Positions 16,900 through 24,085 of a DNA stretch of 32,000 bases are shown here, one piece after another. The translations under genes and the position numbers were made by a program. The stretch is from contig NZ_PQWO01000005.1 of the NCBI RefSeq assembly GCF_003231495.1, forward strand, positions 300,001 to 332,000, given 5' to 3'. Origin of the DNA: Acaryochloris thomasi RCC1774. GTDB taxonomy: Bacteria; Cyanobacteriota; Cyanobacteriia; Thermosynechococcales; Thermosynechococcaceae. The notes below the pieces were generated by a model. The model saw only the letters and a list, made by a program, of their open reading frames with translations. It was not told where the DNA came from and did no database searches. Within the stretch, counting starts at the first letter, position 1. The number at the start of each line of letters is the position of its first letter.

Positions 16900-17629
16900 T
16901 TTCGCCGATTCCCATAGCTGGTACGCACCCTCTCACTTTATTGTTCTGGGTCTCTTGGGTCTTTTTGCGATCGCACATAGTGGACTAGCCGCTCTACGAA
17001 TGTGGGCCGAAAAACAGATCGGGGCGCGGGGGTACCGCGTTATCTTTGCCCTCACCAGCATTAGTCTCGCGCTGGTGTTGATTACCTATTTCTTGAACCA
17101 TCGGTATGACGGCGTGCAGTTGTGGCATGCACAGAGCGTACCGGGTGTAAAACCCTTCGTTTGGACCCTATCGGTTATTTCCTTCTTGTTTTTGTATCCG
17201 GCTACATTCAACCTGCTAGAGATTGCTGCAATTCAAAAGCCCCAGGTTCACCTCTTCGAAACCGGCATTATCCGCATTACCCGCCACCCGCAGATGGTGG
17301 GACAAGTGATCTGGTGTATTGCCCACGCCCTTTGGATCGGGTCAACCTTTACGTTAGCGACTTGTTTTGGCCTTGTCGGGTACCACTTATTTGCGGTTTG
17401 GCATGGCGATCGCCGTTTAGCCAAGCGTTATGGTTCTGCCTTTGAAGCGGCTAAAGCGCGAACATCTATCGTGCCCTTTTTGGCGATTTGGCAAGGCCGT
17501 CAGCGGCTTGCCTTGCAAGAGTTTTTTCGTCCTTCCTATTTAGGCGTGGCATTCTTTGTCGGTTTAATTTGGTGGGCACATCCAGCCATGATGTCAGGGG
17601 CGGCAAAAGTCAGCCAGCTAACCGGGTAA
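16874..17629 (+). CDS. NnrU family membrane protein, Z-ISO (15-cis-zeta-carotene isomerase)-like
   Basis: The protein has several TM helices, a conserved His in the first helix (FAIAHSGLA), and GIIRITRHPQMVGQVIWCIAHALWIGS, which is characteristic of NnrU/Z-ISO. The start is uncertain. The GTG at 16874 overlaps the upstream gene by 26 nt. Confidence 0.75.
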   Translation: MVELGSLLNFADSHSWYAPSHFIVLGLLGLFAIAHSGLAALRMWAEKQIGARGYRVIFALTSISLALVLITYFLNHRYDGVQLWHAQSVPGVKPFVWTLSVISFLFLYPATFNLLEIAAIQKPQVHLFETGIIRITRHPQMVGQVIWCIAHALWIGSTFTLATCFGLVGYHLFAVWHGDRRLAKRYGSAFEAAKARTSIVPFLAIWQGRQRLALQEFFRPSYLGVAFFVGLIWWAHPAMMSGAAKVSQLTG

Positions 17630-17838
17630 GAATGTAGATGCCTTAGCCTGATTTATAGCTGTCGAGAGTCCTATCAAAAACTTGGCACCCTTTTCAAGCC
17701 TGAAACATCAGTTTTGAATTTTGATAAATACCTATTTGGCATCCCTAAAGATGTTGTTCTCATCAGTCCAACGCGCCTATCTGCTGGATGGGCTGAAATT
17801 ACATTGAGCAAAGGTATTGTTGTGCTGTGAAATTGAGC

Positions 17839-18429
17839 TTAGATCTCGGGCAAACCCTGCAATGGGTCTTCTTGCTGAGCGCCAAACTGGATTTCACCAC
17901 TGGAGTAGCTGCCGCCATAGTTTGCAACTAGAGCTGAAACTTGACGAAGGGCTGACTTAAACTCTGACTCATCGAGAGTTGAGAGTGGGTGCAAGAATGC
18001 TGCAAAGATAACGCCATTGCTGACTGCATAACGCCCATCGAGTGCTGAACTAAAATTAGCGGCCAGTAATTCTTTGCGCTGCTCGTCTGTTAGGGTATCT
18101 TCGGACGCGATGGGGGCAATGATGCGCATGCGGTCGTGGGTCTCACTGGTCAAAATAACCATTGTTCGTCCGTCATAACTAAAGGCAAGTTGCCCACCTT
18201 CGACCTGTAGGTTCTCAGCCTCTGTTTTTAGAATCTCTTCTAGATCTTGAATCGTTGTTGCGCCTTCAGACCGTGGCGGTGGTTCTGGAGACTGTATGGG
18301 TTGAAGCTGCGCTGTACTGGTTCTAGCGAAGGAGCGCGATAGCTCTTGCCCTTGTATATCTCTCCAGGCTATTCCTGTGGCCACGGATAGAATACCGATG
18401 CCTAGCACCCAAGAGCTGAGATGTTTCAT
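17839..18429 (-). CDS. Hypothetical exported/anchored protein with type III secretion chaperone-like (CesT/YbjN-like) domain
   Basis: The ATG at 18429 gives MKHLSSWVLGIGILSVATGIAW, a signal or anchor segment. The C-terminal domain pattern LAFSYDGRTMVILTSETHDRMRIIAPI...LLAANFSSALDGRYAV...FAAFLHPLSTLDESEF matches the chaperone-like family by eye only. Confidence 0.5.
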   Translation of the reverse strand: MKHLSSWVLGIGILSVATGIAWRDIQGQELSRSFARTSTAQLQPIQSPEPPPRSEGATTIQDLEEILKTEAENLQVEGGQLAFSYDGRTMVILTSETHDRMRIIAPIASEDTLTDEQRKELLAANFSSALDGRYAVSNGVIFAAFLHPLSTLDESEFKSALRQVSALVANYGGSYSSGEIQFGAQQEDPLQGLPEI

Positions 18430-18540
18430 GCGAGGTGGCCCAATAAAACCGCTTACCTCTCTAAGGATAAGGGCGAATTCTGTGATTAATCTGAGTGGAA
18501 GCACACAGATGGTAATCCCTGTAATAACTTGTAATGGTTC

Positions 18541-18948
18541 ATGCACAAGGACAGCAACATGATAATGCGTTTATTCCTTGCTTTAGGGGCCGTGTTTGGG
18601 GGGCTATCGGTGGCGGCGGGGGCTTTTGCTTCCCATGCGCTGAAGGGTAAGTTCAGTGATCGCATGTTAGAGGTTTTCGAGACCGGCACTCGTTATCAGA
18701 TGTATCACGCACTGGCGCTAATCTTAGTGGCGCTGTTGCTCAGTCGTGCCACGGAGGGCCAGAGCTGGTTGGTGGCGTCAGGGACGAGCATGACGCTAGG
18801 CGTTTTACTTTTTTCTGGGAGTCTCTATGCTCTTAGCTTTACTGGTATTAAGATTTTAGGGGCAATTACGCCGTTGGGAGGTGTTGCGTTTCTGGTGGGT
18901 TGGGGATGTCTTGCGATCGCATCTCTAAAGACTGGCCCCTCTGCGTAA
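18541..18948 (+). CDS. DUF423 (YgdD-like) small membrane protein
   Basis: The sequence LFLALGAVFGGLSVAAGAFASHALK...FETGTRYQMYHALALI plus four TM helices is typical of DUF423. The true start may be the ATG at 18559 or 18565. Confidence 0.8.
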   Translation: MHKDSNMIMRLFLALGAVFGGLSVAAGAFASHALKGKFSDRMLEVFETGTRYQMYHALALILVALLLSRATEGQSWLVASGTSMTLGVLLFSGSLYALSFTGIKILGAITPLGGVAFLVGWGCLAIASLKTGPSA

Positions 18949-19006
18949 AGTCCCACAATATAGGTCGAAAACAGCTCGATTTTAACCTTGTATAAACCTC
19001 AGGAAC

Positions 19007-21373
19007 TTAGCAGCTTCCGGACGCGGTAAGCGTAGTCGTTGAAGAAGCTTGCTTAGGCGCAACCAGCATTAGTCCCTTAGAGGTCGCTAACCAGCCGTTA
19101 GCTTCAATAATCGGCCGAGTTTTAGGTGCTGGAATTGCTGAAGGAATTTTCACGTCTGTGCTGGCCTGCTGCAGAGCTGCAGGAGGTCGAATATCGTGCC
19201 AGACCGCAGGGTAACTGCGAAGGCTAGTGGGGGTAGGGGGCAGACCGCCGTTACCTACGTTGGCGAATTGACCGTTGCCTAGTGCCTGGCCGGGTCGGCA
19301 TCTTTGAGCTAGCTTGGGCGGGATGTCGATTCTTTCCGTTAGTTCAGTGGTGCGATCGCTGGGGTCAGTTTCGGGGGTGTTGAAAATGACTTGACCGCTG
19401 AGGTTAGGATCACCGCTCTGAGAAATTGCTGTTATGTCATTGCTGAGGAGCTTGTCAGGGGTTGGCTCTGGATCTCCAGGCAGTAACGCTTGAAGTTCTT
19501 CCAATGTCAGTTCTTGAAAACCAAAAATTCCCTGAGTGTTGATGGTAATCAGTCCTCCAGGACCTTCGGAAGCGTTTGCTGTGATGTCGTTGTTACCTCC
19601 AGGCAAAGCTGCAATCACATTGGCATCAATAGTGATACTGCCACCCGTACTATTCCCACCTGCCGTAGTAGAAATTTGACTTTCATTGTTGAGGAATAAG
19701 AAATCAACATCAGACAAGATAATGTTCCCGCCACCGCCATTGTCAGACTCTGCACTCAGTCGTCCTGAGTTGTTCAGGAAAACAGATTGAGCAGTAACCA
19801 TCAAATTACCTGCTGGAGCTGAACCCTGACTGCTAACACTTACTTCTGCACCATCTTTAACTAACAATGCTCCGGTATTGAGTTCAATGCTACCTGCATC
19901 ACCCAATCCTTGTGTTTGCGTAAATATTCCGCTTGGAGATTGACCATTCGAAGTAGAACCGTCTAGTTCTATGGAATTAGCTGTGATAAAGATTGTTGCA
20001 CCTGAACCTTCTCCAGAGGTAGATGCAGATACCTGCGCACCAGCACGAACAATTAATTTGTTTGTGCTAACTTCTAAGTCTCCTGCTTGTGCAGATCCGA
20101 CAGCACTGCTTAGAAGACCTGAGCGTTGACTTCCAGAAAAATTAACTCCTTCTCCTTCAAGTAACACCAGATCTGAAGCATTAACGGTCAGCGTACCGCC
20201 ACCTCCGGTTGGAACAACTTCACCTGAATTGGTTACAAAAATATTGGGGCCTGTTGAAATTATCCCTCCTCCATTTACAACTAACCTCTTTGTATCAATT
20301 GTTAGGTTAGCCGCATCGAGATCTGGATTAGTTTGCCCAATAAATCCACTACGAGAAAATGGACCTACACCGATAACGTTGACAGATTCAGAGGCGAATA
20401 CATTTATATTCCCGCCAGCCGCTTGAATTTGAGACCCGCCAGTTAATGATATTTTTCTGCCTTGAAGCTGTACATTACTACCGTTACCCATTTCTTGAAT
20501 AAAAGATGGTAGAAAAACTGGCCCAGTACCAAAATCTCCGATTGACTCCAGTGCTTGAGATAGCGTGATATCGTGGAATTCTTGCACGTCATCATAGCCT
20601 AAAGACCAGCCTCTTTCGATTCCCTGCAAACTAACAATACTGTTTCCAGATACACTACCAATTTCTACTCGACCACTTGATGCAGTAAAGCCTCCTCCCT
20701 GTATATCAATATTTCCTCCCAGAAGTGCAACTGTTTGATTAGATGATACTTCAAGCCCAAAACCATTTTCGTCAGCTTGGTGAGTGATAGGACTAGCTTC
20801 TTGGTCAAAAAACAGGCCGATTGGAGCATTTACACTTAGTATCTCCTGAGGAGATGAGGAACGCGCATCAAAGGTTAAATCTCCAGGAAAACTAAACCCA
20901 CGAGCTGTAGAGCCAATGAAAGATCCATTGAGATCTAGTGAAGCGTTGGGGCCAAAAAAAATACCGCTGGGATTAATCAAAAAAAGGTCCGCGTTACCTA
21001 AGACACCTAATCTACCCTGAATTTCAGATAACTGATTTCCCGTGACTCTACCTAAGATAATATCTACGCCAGCAGGATTAACGAAATAGACGCCCCTACC
21101 CGAACTAACGCTAAAATTCTCAAAGCTATGAAATAGATTCTTTCCACGAATTGCTCCTCCAGAGATTTGATCACTTGGAAGACCATTAATACTTGTTTGT
21201 TCAATAATAGCTCTTTCCGAATCGAGAGTATTATCTGGAACCACCTGCTGGGCAGAGGCCAATCTATCAAAGAACGAAAAGCTACTTGCAAAGAACGAAA
21301 AGCTACTTGAGAAGATTATAAGTAGGCAATAAAGGTACGAAGACTTAGATATCCCAAAAACATACTTAGACAT
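19007..21373 (-). CDS. Two-partner-secretion exoprotein (TpsA): filamentous haemagglutinin N-terminal (TPS) domain plus beta-helix repeats
   Basis: The TPS domain lies at about 20894-21250: NLFHSFENFSV, GVYFVNPAGVDIILGRVTG, ADLFLINPSGIFFGPNASL. Long G/S/N-rich beta-helical repeats follow. The C-terminus has GNGGLPPTP...IIEANGWLATSKGLMLVA, which is common in cyanobacterial members. The ATG at 21373 gives a signal-peptide-like N-terminus. The ORF-track start is 21463. Confidence 0.85.
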   Translation of the reverse strand: MSKYVFGISKSSYLYCLLIIFSSSFSFFASSFSFFDRLASAQQVVPDNTLDSERAIIEQTSINGLPSDQISGGAIRGKNLFHSFENFSVSSGRGVYFVNPAGVDIILGRVTGNQLSEIQGRLGVLGNADLFLINPSGIFFGPNASLDLNGSFIGSTARGFSFPGDLTFDARSSSPQEILSVNAPIGLFFDQEASPITHQADENGFGLEVSSNQTVALLGGNIDIQGGGFTASSGRVEIGSVSGNSIVSLQGIERGWSLGYDDVQEFHDITLSQALESIGDFGTGPVFLPSFIQEMGNGSNVQLQGRKISLTGGSQIQAAGGNINVFASESVNVIGVGPFSRSGFIGQTNPDLDAANLTIDTKRLVVNGGGIISTGPNIFVTNSGEVVPTGGGGTLTVNASDLVLLEGEGVNFSGSQRSGLLSSAVGSAQAGDLEVSTNKLIVRAGAQVSASTSGEGSGATIFITANSIELDGSTSNGQSPSGIFTQTQGLGDAGSIELNTGALLVKDGAEVSVSSQGSAPAGNLMVTAQSVFLNNSGRLSAESDNGGGGNIILSDVDFLFLNNESQISTTAGGNSTGGSITIDANVIAALPGGNNDITANASEGPGGLITINTQGIFGFQELTLEELQALLPGDPEPTPDKLLSNDITAISQSGDPNLSGQVIFNTPETDPSDRTTELTERIDIPPKLAQRCRPGQALGNGQFANVGNGGLPPTPTSLRSYPAVWHDIRPPAALQQASTDVKIPSAIPAPKTRPIIEANGWLATSKGLMLVAPKQASSTTTLTASGSC
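21268..21309 (-). repeat. Perfect 2 x 21-bp tandem duplication inside the tpsA signal-peptide region
   Basis: The unit caaagaacgaaaagctacttg occurs at 21268-21288 and identically at 21289-21309. It encodes the duplicated heptapeptide in ...SSSFSFFASSFSFFD... Confidence 0.95.
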
Positions 21374-21672
21374 GTCTTCCACTACATCCTTACTAAGATC
21401 ACGTATCTCAAACAATCCAAGAAGAATAACTTCAGAATAAAGTGATTCAAGCAACAATATCAATTAAAGTTTTCCTGAATTTTTCTTTGGCAGAGCATGT
21501 TTTTATCTAAATAGCTCTCCATGAAATCACAAATGCATCATCTGCCTGAAATGAGCAACCCATACTTAAGCTTAGACAGGCAAGTATTGAAAATATGAAG
21601 AAGGACAGTGAGAGTAATGCAGCATTCACTATCATCAAGTCTTTTAGAAACTGTAATCACTATTTTTTACTC

Positions 21673-21696
21673 TCTCTCTTCTAATTAGAAGAGAGA
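21673..21696. repeat. Perfect 24-bp palindrome in AT-rich spacer
   Basis: The sequence tctctcttctaa|ttagaagagaga is self-complementary, with its centre between 21684 and 21685. Confidence 0.9.
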
Positions 21697-21757
21697 TGTG
21701 CAGGACTTATATGATCTTTTACCCACACATCCACTCTTCAGATCGATATCGATAATA

Positions 21758-22201
21758 CTAGCAACACCATTTAGGTCCTTTGCCCGGCCACCAAGGACAG
21801 ATTCTACAAACTGCTTTAACTTGAATTAGCCCATCGCCTGACTTTAGAGAGAAATCCAGCTCTAAATCTTCTTGAGCGATACCTTGTGACGTAAGATGTG
21901 CCTCTATCCCATTCTCTGGAAGTGCAGCTTCTAACTCATTAAATCTTCCAACAAAATCCTCTTGAAACTTGGATCTGTCAAACTCTGAGGAGTTGAAGTT
22001 ATCTTGAACCTCGCCCAAACAACATGCAGCTTTACCAAGACTATCCCCGTTGCAGCTGACTTCAACACTAATAGTTTCGCTGGAATGAAAAAGGCCATAT
22101 TTCTGAATTATCTCTCTCCCCCCATGCTCGTGTAGAAATTGGGTTAAGCGTTGCCCTGGAACTTCACTGAGGTCACCACAGGTATCATTTTGTCTCGTCA
22201 T
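21758..22201 (-). CDS. Hypothetical small acidic protein with Cys-rich C-terminus
   Basis: The 147-aa ORF has an ATG start with AAGGA about 13 nt upstream. It has 8 Cys residues and a C-terminal CRICPWWPGKGPKWCC. No family was recognised. The low-GC context makes coding status uncertain. Confidence 0.4.
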   Translation of the reverse strand: MTRQNDTCGDLSEVPGQRLTQFLHEHGGREIIQKYGLFHSSETISVEVSCNGDSLGKAACCLGEVQDNFNSSEFDRSKFQEDFVGRFNELEAALPENGIEAHLTSQGIAQEDLELDFSLKSGDGLIQVKAVCRICPWWPGKGPKWCC

Positions 22202-22460
22202 AGAATTAACCTATCCTTAGTGCTACTCAATTCATTGCGTATCTTTTTCCATTTATCTAGAATATGTTTAGAAGTCGCCAGAATAAAAGCTGGACACAGT
22301 TTGTTTGCCAGCAGTTAGAACTACTCCTATCCCCCAACCACTAAAATCTCAGATAAATGGACAAGTTATATGCAGGATTTGATAAAACTTCGTATTCTCA
22401 ATATTGTCGAGAAGTTCAGGCCCTAGGCAGTAACATTAGCTTAAGTTTCTGCTCCCGACT

Positions 22461-22595
22461 CTAAGTTCTGAGCTGCGGAGTCCAGCCTCTCGTAATATTA
22501 AGAGATCCTATGCCAGTTTAGTTACTGACTCAGAAAAGTCTCTGCACTCTGGTCTTGTAAAAGCGTTACGTGCTAAACCCGGCAGGATCGAGGCC
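22461..22595 (-). pseudogene. Decayed duplicate of the opcA 3' end (last ~45 codons) immediately downstream of intact opcA
   Basis: 22461-22595 aligns by eye with 22695-22840 at an offset of 234-245 nt. Translation in the opcA frame gives CRV*HVTLLQDQSAETFLSQ*LNWHRIS*YYERLDSAAQNL. The intact gene reads CRIQHVTPLQDQSAETLLSQQLQRWDQDVLYNESLAVTSRILQLS*. Confidence 0.7.
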
Positions 22596-22690
22596 CTAGT
22601 TGGCTGACAAAAGTTGTTCTGTCTAGTGTCAATCCTGCAATATAGCGATGATTGTGGTGGGAGTCAGCATTCTAGAAGGAGAACAAGAGC

Positions 22691-24040
22691 TCAACTAAGT
22701 TGAAGGATTCGAGAGGTGACTGCCAGGCTCTCATTGTATAAAACATCCTGATCCCAGCGTTGGAGCTGCTGACTCAATAAGGTCTCTGCACTTTGATCCT
22801 GGAGCGGAGTTACATGCTGGATTCGGCAGGACTGAGCGCCGCCTCCAGCCTCCATACGCATACAACCCCGCGTTTCAGAACACAGTACTGTGCAGCAGTC
22901 TGCCTGCAAATTTGTTGAAGCTAGCTTCAGGTCAATCATGTCACCCGCAACATCACCGACATCACCGACCGGGACTGCCGCTAATTCAGCTTCAATCGAT
23001 CGCTGATCTTGACTCTTGAACTTAATTCGTTTGAGGTCGTAGTCACCCCCCTCAGATTCTACAGAAACAGGAGTCCACTGTAGGCGACTTGCCAACCATC
23101 CCAAAAACATCATTGCCTGGGCAGGATTGCCCTTCTCGTAATCAAGGGTGACCCGATCGACTTCCATCAGAGCATCTCGTCGCTCCGGTGGGTCAAAGGC
23201 TTCTGCTGTTAGCTCTTGCCAAGCGGCCAGTCGTCGCCAGTTTAAGTCGGCAATATTGTGATCTGCTTCAACCAGGGATTGAATATTGACTAGCTCAGTC
23301 CCAGCATCATCAAACTCACTGGAGTCCATAATGATGGAGTTACAGGCTGAGCCGAGTCGACTGAATATTTCAGGATTGCTGTTGGGGGTATCTTTCCACC
23401 AGAGGAACTTGGGTAGCCCACCGATCATCAGGGACTGGACTAGGCCAGCCACGCGGGCCAAGGCTTCCTCGGTGCCTGTGAGGGTAATGTACTCACAGCA
23501 AATTAAAGAACTGCGCTTTTGCTTTTTGATTGGGCAATAGGCTGAAACCTGCGCAGTGACGCCTTCATCCTCGCCAGAGATGGGGCAGAGCGTAATCACG
23601 CGGCAGGGATTTTGGCTTGCGATCGCATCTGCCAGCCCTGACCCACTCGCATCAAGAACATAGTCCATCGACGGCTGATCGCCAGAAGTTCTTTTCTCAA
23701 GAATCGCCTGCTGCAGTCGCTCCTTGGTCTCTGGTGTTGCTTTCCCTGTCGTTTCTAAGCCATAGGCTTTCTGGGCTGAGCGCAGCGCCACTTCCATGCG
23801 AGGGCCACGAATACCGTCAATGGGGCCTTGATAGAAACCCAGAGCCGCCAGCAGCTGCTGCACTTCTTGAGGCGCATAAACCACCAAACTGAACGTGGCG
23901 GCTCGGGTTGCTGCCGGAGCACTGTTGTCATCGCCAGTGGCGTTATAACCCGTCCAAATTTTGCCCAGCTCTGCCGTAATTTCGTTGAGGGAGACATCCT
24001 TGGGGGACTGTAGTGAAACTAAGGGAGAAGATTTAGCCAT
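22691..24040 (-). CDS. opcA: Glucose-6-phosphate dehydrogenase assembly protein OpcA
   Basis: The gene sits directly downstream of zwf in the canonical cyanobacterial operon and is 449 aa long. Its sequence (ITAELGKIW..., FSLVVYAP, LPKFLWWKD, DLNWRRLAAWQELTAEAFD) is typical of OpcA. Confidence 0.9.
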   Translation of the reverse strand: MAKSSPLVSLQSPKDVSLNEITAELGKIWTGYNATGDDNSAPAATRAATFSLVVYAPQEVQQLLAALGFYQGPIDGIRGPRMEVALRSAQKAYGLETTGKATPETKERLQQAILEKRTSGDQPSMDYVLDASGSGLADAIASQNPCRVITLCPISGEDEGVTAQVSAYCPIKKQKRSSLICCEYITLTGTEEALARVAGLVQSLMIGGLPKFLWWKDTPNSNPEIFSRLGSACNSIIMDSSEFDDAGTELVNIQSLVEADHNIADLNWRRLAAWQELTAEAFDPPERRDALMEVDRVTLDYEKGNPAQAMMFLGWLASRLQWTPVSVESEGGDYDLKRIKFKSQDQRSIEAELAAVPVGDVGDVAGDMIDLKLASTNLQADCCTVLCSETRGCMRMEAGGGAQSCRIQHVTPLQDQSAETLLSQQLQRWDQDVLYNESLAVTSRILQLS

Positions 24041-24085
24041 AGTTTTGCGTTAAGGGGCTTGCGTTAAGGGGGATAGAAAATAGGA

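Noticed and set aside
19007-22690. I considered calling the low-GC segment a mobile element or genomic island.
   Set aside because: I could find no integrase, transposase, tRNA target or terminal inverted repeats. Only the compositional anomaly and the opcA 3' relic support an insertion history, so it is reported as a finding and not as a mobile_element feature.
19360-23618. A 4.3-kb HIP1-free gap coincides with the low-GC tpsA segment and might be taken as evidence of foreign origin.
   Set aside because: Other HIP1-free gaps of similar size occur in clearly core DNA (1-4167, 6498-10085, 10515-13674). The gap alone is therefore not informative.
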